From assembly GCA_009602725.1 (NCBI GenBank), contig WELB01000029.1:1-34356 (forward strand): 34,356 nucleotides of DNA, read 5' to 3'. Below are positions 24,136-34,356 of this stretch, one piece after another. Both the position numbers and the translations under genes were made by a program. The stretch comes from Spirogloea muscicola. Lineage: Eukaryota. The first letter of the stretch is position 1. Each line of letters opens with the position of its first letter. Under the pieces are notes generated by a model. It was not told the origin of the DNA and made no database searches. It saw nothing but the letters and a program-made list of their open reading frames with translations.

Positions 24136-25149
24136 TACTTCTTCCTGCTCGCCATCGACGTACACGGGGCGTTTGGCGCTCGGTGGCTCGAGCTTCTCAC
24201 CAGCTCTTGCGCAGCGCTCTCTCCCGCCGGTACCACGGGGAGCAGGCGGAAGTCAATGCAGAAGAAGGGCTCGCCCAGTGAGGATAGGGGCTGGAAAAAG
24301 CCAGCCCAAATAAGGATGAACAAAGGACGAGAAGAGGCCAGGGGAAGCACTAAGAACAAAATTCAATGCAGCCCCGTAGCCCCTTCGACCTTGTTCTTTC
24401 TTTCTGGGCTGGCCTTTCCCAGCCCCTATCCTCTATGGGCGAGCACTTCTTCTCAATGCAGCAGGCTCTCTTGCGCAGGTATACCCGCATGCGCCTGTCA
24501 GACTCGCTGCAGCGGTCAATTGCGCTGCAGCGCGCGCGCTGCATCTGCGTGCCGGTCGAGCATTGGCTGCGGCATCCTGGCCCAGGAAGACCCGCTACTC
24601 GGAGAACGTAAGTTTCTCCGACCTGCGCGGCTGCTCAACAGGTGTGGTGGATCGCGCCAGTCCGGGGGCTTTCTGCCTCGCGGGCCGGCCATGCAGCGGC
24701 GAACGCCGCTCGCTGCAAGGCGGCCAAATACGCAGAGTAGATGTGCACGGGGCTCTTGGGTTCCAGTGGCCCGACCTGCTGGCCACGCTTGCGCGGCGCG
24801 CTTTATCCCGAAGGTGTGGTGTGCCGGCTGACTTCAACGCCGCTAGCTCGTGGGCCCAGGTATATCGCATGCGTTTGTCAGTCTCCCTCCAGCGGTCCAT
24901 GGCCCACGCCTTGCATCTGCGTGCTGGCCGTGCTCTCGCTGCAGCCTCTGGCTTTCGTCAGGGGGATAGATTTCCGGTAGCTAGTCTGTCGGATGCGAGG
25001 CTCCTCACTCGTAGCTATGATTTAGTGGTCCATCCTCCACCCGATCTGACATAGCATTTTCAGGCCCCTCCGTCATTGTGGCCCCTTCGAAGCTTTGTCA
25101 ATTCTCGGGCTGGCTTGTCACAGCCCTTGCCCCCACTGGGAGTGGCCTT

Positions 25150-25995
25150 TCGGACGTTGCTTCAACTCTTCCTCGGCCTTCCAACTAACTGCCTGATTGG
25201 GGTGCGCCAATGTGAGTGCGGCTTCCGTGCAGAGGGTGCTGAGCTCGCCACTCACATGTTGCGATGCCCCACTGACCCAGAAGTGGTCGGCATCCGCAAC
25301 CTCCTCCGTGATGCCCTGGCGGATTTGATGCGCGACGCCGGGTACCGAGCGGTCGTGGAAGTGACCAACATCATGCCTATCACCACGGATGCCCAGGGAC
25401 GTCATCATCGCTGCACACCACTTGACGCTGTGGGCGTGCAACCTGGTTGAGGACCACGAGCCTTGGTCGCTGTTGTGGTTACGGAGGCCTATAAAGGTCC
25501 AGCATCGACACACATCGCTGGCTACGCAGTGGGCAGTGCTGAACAAAGAAAGTTGCAGCACTACTTCGATCACCACCAATGTGATCAGCTCCTGCCAGCG
25601 GCAACCGACATCTTTGGCTGCTTAGGTCCTCGTTTCCTTACTCTCCTTCAAAACATAGCCAATCTAGGCTACACACGACATGCAGATGTGTTCCCGGCTG
25701 AGATGGACTTGCCAGCTGCATCCCTGTCGTTCTTGCGACGACGAGTTTCGGCCTGTTTGCAGCGTGCACAGGCTAATGCTTTGCACCAGAAACAGGGCGA
25801 GCTCTAGTTGGTGGCAGAAGGGATTCGTATCTGCCATCTAGTATTCAGGCATTGGTTAGCGACCTTTATGTTTTGACCCGTGGTCACTGAGCGGGTCAAT
25901 CTACTGTAGGTTATGTAGGTCTTAAGATGTGCTTGCCTTTGTACTTAGCCATTTGGCCTCCGTTTGTTTCAAATACACGAAATTTTCATTGGGAG
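25150..25995 (+). pseudogene. Longest retroelement piece: CCHC zinc knuckle, PD-(D/E)xK-type RLE and 3'UTR, disabled
   Basis: CECG..THMLRC..RNLLRDALADLMRDAGYRAVVE..LDAV..*..AVGSAEQRKLQHY..LLPAATDIFGCLGP..FLRRRVSACLQRAQANAL..SDLYVLTRGH*; in-frame stop at 25448-25450 and a later frameshift. Confidence 0.88.
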
Positions 25996-27677
25996 AGCCT
26001 GTCGTACGATATCCGCCGTCGGTGACTCATTCGTGTCGGTGCTGACAAGGATGCGGAGGTGGCTGCTCACGTGGATATTCGAGGGTGCGTCATTTCTCAA
26101 TTTGGTGTGAAGGTGGGGTCGCGAGCGCGGCATCTCCAACCCGCTTCGGTCAGTCAAGATACTTTCCAATCCGGCATCGGCGTCGGAGCATCATCTGGAA
26201 TGCGGCGCGTGCGCCTCGCCCATCAACGGTGCGTAGGCTCCTCCGCCGCCATGGTCATTCAGTGCCTCGGCGTGCAGCGCATTGCCCTCTGCCGATGCCC
26301 CCTGCCGCTGCCCCCGTCCTAATTACTCCGGCTCCTTCAGACCTTGTCCATTCCTTTGGGCTGGGGAAATGGTAGGTAGTGGTAGAAGCGAGTCTCGGGC
26401 TACACTGGCCTTGAGGCCGGGGAACCCAAATGGGCCAAATGGCCCACCCCAACAAACAATATCATAATTTATCTGACCAAGCATAAAGGGTGTGGAGGGT
26501 CCGGGGTCGAGCAGTTCGCTCGGCCCAGTCTCTCCATGTGGCTGTTGCCAACCTTTGCCGCCGCCGCCGCCGCTGTTGCTGCTGCCCAGTAAGCGTAGCG
26601 CGCGCGTCGGGCCACGCCGAGAAGGCGTGGGCGCAGGCACAGGTAGCAACCTCCGCAGAGAGCCTAACCCCGAGGAGCCCCGCCTCCGGTCGCGTCAGAC
26701 CGGCCCGCACTTGGTAAGCCGCAAATACCGCGACCTTGTGTGGATTGCACCCAAGCCTAACCTTGGACGTTAGGAAAGCCTTGACGTGTGTACCTGTGAG
26801 ATAATTGTTGTGTGTCTGCATCTGCTGTATTGTTGCGTTGCTTCTTTTGCATCTTGCCATTGTTGTCACGTTCCTCGGAAATTCAAGTCCTTTGGACACT
26901 TCCCTGTTCGGATCTGTTACCTGGGTAAGTGCCCTTGAAGTTGTTCGCTGTTACTACGAACGATCCGTGATACTGTCCTCCAAGAACCCTCTCGGAGGGT
27001 AACCTTCCGTTACTGCTCTCAAAGAAACCCTCGTTGAGGGTACTGGTCGGCTCGTTCTGTTTCTCTTGCTCGCATGCTTCGCATGTGTCTTGTCCACCGA
27101 CATCTCGTTTTACTGATTAAATTGTTCATTTCTTTCCAAGGTCTCAGTTGCCAACCACATCATCTATTGGTTACTCCTATTTTCTGTTCTGTTGTTTTAT
27201 TCAATATCAAAGTAGCCCCTGAAATTCTCGCAGACTTTCTTTCCACCTCATTTCATTTGAATGCCCACCACGCGAGGCTGATTTGTTTCCTGCTTCCGTA
27301 CTGATCTGACTTCTCGACGCCATATGGCAGTCGACGCCCTGTGGCAGGACAAGCCACTTCTCTGAACAGGGGTTTATTGATCTGAGTATGTCAGCGGAGC
27401 CACAGATGCTGAGTGTTCCGTAGCTACTTGATTCACTTTTCAGCACTTTCTCCGGCCCCTTCAAACTTTGCTCTGTTCTTTCTTCTGGGCTGGCCTCTCA
27501 CAGCCACCGCCGACAAGCTGGCTTGGGGAGCCGGAGCGCCGCCACGGAAGCCGGAGGCTTTGACTTGGAGCGCGCCCAGCACGCTAGTGGAGTGTGTGTT
27601 GAGTGGGTGGAGGGCCTGAGTGGCTGCAAGTACAGCGACGAAGACGGAGCCCGGGGGCAGCAGCCCATGCCGGCGCC

Positions 27678-30266
27678 ATGGCGCCGCCGCCGGCGCGGCT
27701 CCTCCTCGCGCTCCTCTCCGCCGCGCTGCTCGCCGCCGCCGCCGCCGCCCAGTCGCTGGCGGGCTGCCCCTGGCACATGCTCCCGGCGCAGGCGTACCTC
27801 GACCCCGCCGCCGCGCCGCTCCGCCAGCTCCCCTGGCTCCCGCAGGCCTGCAGTCATTGCCTGTTGTGGGCATGGGGCGGCCTCCAGCCCCAATTCCCGC
27901 AGCTGCTCTCGGTCGATCGGGCCCCTTTACCCCCCTGGCGGTGCGCACCCCCGCCCTGCCCTGGCCGCCGCGCAGGAGGGCAAGTATTTGCTGGCGGTGT
28001 GCGTGTACGGGCGGGCGAGCAACCAGGTGGCCTGCATGGAGCACCAGCTCCTCCTCGCCGCCCTCCTCAACCGCACCCTCATCGTCGACAGGTGCACGCC
28101 CGGCCGCCCAGCCTCGCCGTGCCCGCCTTCCCGGCCGCCAGCTCGCTGTCCATCACGGCCTCCTTCGCAGGCTGGCGCACGGCCACGCTGACCCACCCAC
28201 CCATCATCGCCTGCCGACGGTTTGCCCAAGCCGACACCACGCGCCCAGGTCGCCGCTCAACGCGGCTTGGGGCCCCTCGCTCAGATGGGACTGGGACGTG
28301 TTCTTTGACGTCAAGCATGCCGAGGCTTGCTACGGGCCGCACACTGTGATCAGCCTCGAGGAGTACCGGAAACGCCATCCGGAGCCTCAGGGCGTCACGA
28401 CCATCCACGAGGTCATCTGCTGTACGGTGGGACAAGCAGGCCATGATGGATTGTCCGATTTTCCGCCGCTCGGGCTCGAGATGCAGCTCATTTGCACTCA
28501 CGAACCACAATACCTCCTCTCCTCTCCAGTGAGGCCGTGCTGCTCTTCATTGACAGGATAGGAAGGACACGTGCGATGGCCTAGGTACGGAGCTAGGGGG
28601 CTCCAGGAAGGACCTCAGATGGCCAGCGCGATTCTCCAGACTGGGCTACAGCCGCACGAGCTTCGTGCCAGTGTCAATGGAGCAGTTCAAGGCGGTGGTC
28701 GGAGTTTCTCAGGCTCGCCTGCTCACTCTGGGCGATCTCTTCGGGAGCACTTTGACTGATACGGCCTTGTATGCTCACCCCTTTGGGCCCATCAGGCGCA
28801 CGTGCAAGCTCCCCCTCCGCCCGCACCCTGCCATCATTGCTGCGGCAGAGGGCTTCGTCAACACCTTCCTGGGTCAGCTCTCCCTGCCTCTCTACCCAAC
28901 TCTGCGTCTGCCAAGCCTTCACTGACCTCCTAAGGAGGCTCCTTACCTGGTGCACCGCAGCCAGCAGCCCACTCATGCCTATGCCACACTGTTTCAAAGG
29001 CAGCATGATGAGCACGGACCAGACAAGGCCACCATTTAATGACACGCGACCTGTGCACGTCGTTGCAAGCGGCTGCCGAGCGTTTTGTGCTGGTGCTGTG
29101 AACCCGGGACAGGACTAAGACCATGTGCTACAGCTGGCTTGAGGTACAGGTGACAGGTTTCTTGCTGTGCATCTTCGGAGAAATGACTTCTGGTATGTCC
29201 AGAGGCTCTGTGCTCAGCCTGAAATATGCTATTGGCCCATCCCTGAGGTAGCTGGCTTCATCCAGGAGGTAAGCTTCCGTGCATCTAGAAATTCGGACAC
29301 TGTTGCAGGCTTTGCTGCAAGGCAGGCGCTGATGTCAAGGTCGTTCATTGTTGGCATGGAGTCAAAGATGCTACAACCTTGCATGTGCTCAACTAACAGA
29401 TAGCGGGCTTGCTGTGGTCACGTTTTCGCTCCTCTTGCAGAAGGCTAAGAGCATAAATACTACAGTGGTCCTGCTTGCCACTGATGCTCACCCACTTGAA
29501 GGTGACGTGCTCGGCCAAGCCCTGCAAATGATTGCTGGAGAGGCTTGTGGCTCGTCTGTGATGCAAACTGAGCTTGTGAGCCTCTGCTGACCAGGGGCAG
29601 GACTGTGGACACGACTGTCACAGAAAAGTTGCTGAGAGCAAAGCTTGGTCAAAGCTTGAGCAAGGTCTCAGTGGTCAGAGTTCCACGGCAGCTGAGGTAT
29701 ACTATTTTGCTTTGGCTGGCTCTGCTGAGGACATTGTCAGCTTCATACAGCCGCATCTGCAAGCTCTGATGGTGTACCCTGGCTCTTGTGCCTGCCTTCC
29801 ACAACAAAGACCTGCACTTAGCTTGTGTCATTTATCCACAAGGTGAATGGAAGCCTCCACACGCTGCAGCACTTCTCCAGTTTTGCAGCAAATGGCAGCT
29901 CCAGCCATAAGCTAAGCTGGCTGGATGACGCCTGGAAGAAGGCTGGCTTTGAGGATGGCAGCATCGCCGGTTTTGCACGCATGGCACTGGAGAAGGTGAA
30001 GATAGTCAGATCCTCATGCTGCAAAACTCTCACAGAATGGGGTTGGTCGCCTGAAGCACCTGAAACCAGCTTGTTGCTCATGATGACTGTTTTGTTGTCC
30101 TGTGAAGGTTATCTGCTCCATGTCAGCTGCTTTTCTGGGAACAGCCAAATCCACATTTTCTCTGCACATCATTCGCATGCGCCTTGCACTGGGGCATCAC
30201 TCGTGCAAGGATCGCCAGCTGGGCGAGGGCTGGGATGATACCCAGCCCCGACTTGTAAGCCAATAG
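27678..30266 (+). CDS. O-fucosyltransferase family protein (OFUT36/39-like) with N-terminal signal/anchor, multi-exon
   Basis: Hydrophobic LLLALLSAALLAAAAAA; KYLLAVCVYGRASNQVACMEHQLLLAALLNRTLIV; LGDLF..GPIRRTCK..FVNTFLG|DRFLAVHLRRNDF; CYWPIPE; LLATDA; ALEK|VICSMSAAFLGTAKSTFSLHIIRMR; stop at 30264-30266. The exon 1/2 junction is not resolved. Confidence 0.88.
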
Positions 30267-31189
30267 TAGAGTGTAGGCACTCTGAAGCTGTGCAATTGAT
30301 CAGCAATCTCCTGTAAAGTACGGCTTTCATTCTTGAGGGTTGGAAGTCAACCCAACCCCTATGAGCTCAACCAGATTGTTCAGCCCTCGAAAGCTGGCTG
30401 CTTCTTGCTCATTCTGGTGTCTGCACAGTGACCTCTGCTCAACCCTGGATATATTATTTGCACTCTATCCCTACTCCTTGAAGTTGTGGACCCACGCATT
30501 GGCCAAAGGTGTGGAGGCTGTTGCATCACAGTACTTAAGCTCACATCTCAAGTGTATTTGCGATGCCAACCGCTATCAGACTGCACTGTCAGGTTGAAGC
30601 TTAAGTGTCGAGACTGACACGGTTAAGTGGCATTCAAGAGCTGACAAGCAGACCGCAATGCTGGGTATGGCAGCCTGCGATGGAGTGTCAACCGTCAGGT
30701 GTGTGTGCACATCAAGTGCTGCATTTCTGTGTCAATGAAAAGAGGGTACTAAGCACGGTGTGGTCGTGACGCTGATAATAACGACTCAAGATCTTGCTCT
30801 GGAGCAAAGACTTCCTTTGAATGCTGACAGCTATCTGATTTCTGGTCACAATGGGCTCAGATACGACAAACAGCACACCCGCAGCACCTCATATGCAGCC
30901 TCTTCTCTGGTCCTCCAGCACTAAGCTGTGCTTACCTGATACACGGTGTGCAGTCTGTCAGAACCAAGGATCCTGAAGATGACCAGTGTACACTTGGTAC
31001 ATAACAGTCATTTGGCAGAGACTGTCAGATGCCTGAAGACCATGACTGAATAGCAATCTGTGAGCCTGTCCCTCACTTGGTGGCCTGTCTTGTACGCGGG
31101 CAGCAGCAAGGACATGTCGAGGATCTACATGATGTGCTCTATGAGCGAGTATACTGAGTAAGCCAAATCATGCACCATGCTGCAGGAAC

Positions 31190-34100
31190 TTAAGTTGCTC
31201 CACTCAGCAAGTCCTGGAAGAGGATGTCGTCCACAGCAGTCAAAGCACTCTCACAGAGAAGCACTCGTCTCCTAAAGAGGCGCAGAATGTGCGCCTGCTC
31301 CGAGTTGTAAGCCTGCACAAGCTCAGGAGCATCACAACAGCTGTCCTCTTGATCACACCACCCCTGGAACGCATATGCAAGTAGCAATGCACATATATTC
31401 ACCACATGAGCAGACAGTGGTAGTTTTGTAGCATCGTCTACCCTGTGCAATAGACTGGTCTCAATGAAAAGGTCATACTGACTCCTCAGTGCCTTGATAC
31501 TCGATCTTTGATTGCTTGAGTGACTCACCAAGCCCTTAGCTTTGAGCAACATGTCTGCTAGGTAGTGGATCCACAAGCAGTTGCTCTTTGGGAAGCTGCA
31601 CAAACGGGCAAAACAATCACTGTGAGCTTTGGGGTTTGCTTCAGTCTAGCTTGCAGGTTCACCATCATGAGCAGAGGGGAACTTCGTGATCAATCAACCA
31701 TTTGGAAAAAGCTGGCCAAGCACGGCAAGGGGGAGAGGCCTAATGGAGATGGCTGGTCTCACAAGCTCTCCCAACGGCCCTCTGTAAGCCTCAGCATGCG
31801 CCTGTATGTGTCAGCCTGTTTCATCCAAGGGGAAATGAGGATCTAGAAGAACCTGCAATCAGGTGTATAGCTCGTCCCCATGTCCTACCACTATGGCAAC
31901 GGTGTTAAGTTCTTCACAGAAGAGCAAGTATATAAGGTGGAAGGCCTCAACAACCGAACTGCCTCAATGCACCTGTGTATCTTGCGCTGGACCTTCGAAA
32001 ATCCAGGGATCCCTGTTGAGGTCATAAAAGAGCACCTTCGACTTGCCTGCATGGTCTTGTTGTCTCGATGTAAGCCTTATGCAAAGAAAATATCGTGCAT
32101 ACAAGGCATTCTGGCAGTGCAAACTGATTGGCAGTACTAGAAGAGAGCCAGCAGCAATAACAGCCTTATCGGGCACAATCCATGTGGAGCCCGGCTGACT
32201 CGTACATTGCAAACAGCTTAACAACAAAGCACGTGGCCATGCCTTCACACAAGCGGGAGAGCGTGAAATCGATGATGGACAATGATAGTCCACACGTCTT
32301 TGCTATGTACGTCTTCCCGTCAATTCTGAAGAGCTTTTCATCCTCCTTCGTATCTGTCAGCAGCAGATTGCCCCTGTTCCATCACAACCCAGGTTCAGGT
32401 TCTGTGGTCATCACATACACTCACAACTTTCGAATTCAGGAGGGCAATGGCAAAATTTACCAGTGGAGGTCTCGGTGCTCAAACTCGCAAGCAGATTCTC
32501 CAACGGCAAGGGTAAGAACGACCTGCATATTGCAACCGCCACAGGCAGACCCCAATGAATTTCTCAGTACTGTCTCTTGTAGCTGTCCCATATTTGTAAT
32601 GGCATGACTGCTGCTGGAAAGAGTCAATCAGGGTCAGAGTCAGGGTGCACAGCAAGCATGGGATAGCCACGCACTTGGAGCAGGATACTCCTGGTCTGGT
32701 CGAAGTCGGCAACTTTGATGGTCTCCAGGTCCAAACCGCCATCAGCAAACACATACACCACATATAGCTGCAGAAAGCAAAGTCCTCAGCAGCGCTGAAA
32801 CCAGAGGGCTTCATCCTTGAGACAATGCTGCAAATGTCCTTGATTCCTCATCAGAGATCAGTTCACCCACTGACATGCAAGTGGTAGTGCTAGTGCGCAT
32901 CAGCTTGTGTATTCAACAACCTGCTTCTTCAAGAAAGCCATGGGGTGCTCGCTGCCTGAGGTTCTTTCCTCATCCCATGCTTCCCAGGCGCTGATGAGCT
33001 CCAGTGAGAAGGCGCCCTTACAGATGACCACTCTGTACCACCAGAAAGACCATCTCAAGACAATAGAGTGTGCAGGAAGCAACAGGACTCTGTTGTGACT
33101 GCCTCAGGGACAGCATTCGCCTGCGACGCAGCTATTTGACTGCCCTACCGAGCATCTGCAGGGCCCTCAGGAGGCAGACACGCCTCGACTGCGAAGACCG
33201 CATTATTGAAGTCATCATTGAAGTGAGTGCAGTGTTGCCTGAGAGGTTGCAAGCAAGCACTGGCTGGTTGATGCCCGTCACGAGCTCATGGAAAAAGCTA
33301 TGAGGGGTCAACATTGCCGAGCTTGCAGCATACCTCTTAGTCTCGATGAAACCCGTGCAGTAGTTGATGCCCTCAGCATCCAACCGCAGCCGGCCGAGTG
33401 AGGTGGTTAACTGCACTTCGTCGAGCATCTCCTCTGCAGTCTGCAGAAATGCAAGGCCTCAATCAGGGGGTCACAGACAGTGTGAGCCTACCAGTCTGCG
33501 AGGTGTCTGCGGACTCAGGCCCTGGAGACAAAGGAGGTGAAGGAGGCCAAAGGGGTGGCAGTGCGGCTGGTTGACATGGAGTGGAGCACAGCCAGAGCGT
33601 CACCTTTTGGGCCTCACCATTCACCGGCTGCGAGCCGTCCATGGGGACAAGCTTGAGGCAGGCAGAGCCTGCTCGGAACACCTCGCCAAACGTCCCCTCC
33701 CCGAGCTTTTCCACGCCATGGCCGCCGCTGAGGGGGAGGCGGGCCGGAGGGCGCGGGCTCACGACGGGCGAGTGGTGCCAGTAGTGCTGGCAGGGGCCTG
33801 ATGCAAGTAGATGCACAAGGGCAGCGGAGGCTGCTGACCTGTACTCCTCCACAAGCTCCTGCAGGCCGAGGACGTCAGCCTGGCCGCACGCGTCCAGCAG
33901 CAGCTGGAGGCCTGCCCGGCGGCGAACCAGACCGCCTTCTGCGACCGTGTCACCAGCCTCTGGCACCGGGGAGGAGGCACCGCCGATCGACAGCGCGGCC
34001 AGGTGCTCGGCCAAGAAGGCATCGCCGGCGAGGGGGTCCCGGGACGGCGCAGGGGGAGCGGGAGCGGGGTCCCAGCCGACGTCCCCGGAGGCCAGAGCCT

Positions 34101-34356
34101 GCCAGAAGCAGCGGTGCCGCGCAGCGGACGACGGCGCGGAGTCGTAGGCGCTCCAGGCCGCAGCTTCGCCGAGGAGCCCAGATGCGGCGGCGGCGGCGGG
34201 CTCCTCATCATCGCGGGCGTTGGCGGCGAAGGAGTGGCGCCAGGCCGGCGGCGGCGGCGAGTCGGCGGCGTACGCCTCCTCGAGCTCGAAGGCGTCGACG
34301 GCGGCGAAGGCGGCCAGCTGCTGCGCGGCGAAGGCGGGCGGCAGGCGGCGGGCGGC
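31190..34356 (-). CDS. HASPIN: Haspin serine/threonine kinase, 5' end outside the window
   Basis: KLGEGTFGEVF..LKLVPMDG..VNGEAQK; EVQLT; AWEAWD; GGLDLE; SILLQ; EFEHRDLHW|GNLL; IIDFTLSRL; WIFEGP; DTYRRM; SNCLWIHYLADML. Confidence 0.95.

Larger units (their letters stand above)
21160..27600. mobile_element. About 6.4-kb island of nested, 5'-truncated CRE/Zepp-like RLE retroelement fragments of several subfamilies, both orientations
   Basis: RLE C-termini at 21400-21542(+), 22255-22570(-), 22830-23130(-), 23174-23400(-), 24136-24640(+), 24650-25020(+), 25150-25890(+) and 27511-27590(-); at least 15 copies of the terminal TTCTTTTGGGCTGGC..CAGCC motif. Confidence 0.9.

Noticed and set aside
24022..24831. 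269-aa ORF apparently fusing RT to RLE
   Set aside because: It crosses a Gypsy fragment and several nested inserts, and homology changes frame; chance open frame
26000..26310. Possible very old RLE copy (VAAHVDIRGCVISQF..RRVRLAHQR)
   Set aside because: Similarity too weak to call separately; left inside the island feature
21165..27510. Terminal motif as a hammerhead or HDV ribozyme, tRNA B-box or CRISPR-like repeat
   Set aside because: I found no CUGANGA/GAAA core, HDV fold or A-box by eye; spacing and orientation are irregular and the intervening DNA is element-derived

Overview
This is a eukaryotic chromosome end. It opens with plant-type (CCCTAAA)n telomere repeats. The intron-rich genes have very GC-rich first exons and most resemble land-plant proteins, so the organism is probably a streptophyte green alga (inference only). 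Seven spliced genes can be reconstructed by eye: a plant HTH three-helix-bundle protein (-), FPG DNA glycosylase (+), AATF/BFR2 (-), AAED1/PRXL2C-like peroxiredoxin-like protein (+), FIP37/WTAP (-), an OFUT36-like O-fucosyltransferase (+) and a haspin kinase (-, cut by the window edge). The subtelomere and the three divergent intergenic gaps hold over 20 heavily 5'-truncated pieces of CRE/Zepp-like non-LTR retroelements with a restriction-like endonuclease (RLE); no RT of these elements was seen. Several divergent subfamilies share a C-terminal peptide (SDLxxLxRGY*), a 3' GGCTGG-loop-CCAGCC hairpin and a CTT-rich tail. They insert into each other with readable target-site duplications (TSDs) of about 9-19 bp, one triplicated site and one apparent 108-bp duplication, and they reach to within about 55-330 bp of host start codons. 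The AAED1-like gene has a tandemly duplicated exon arranged like a mutually exclusive exon pair. All family assignments come from motif recognition, not database searches.
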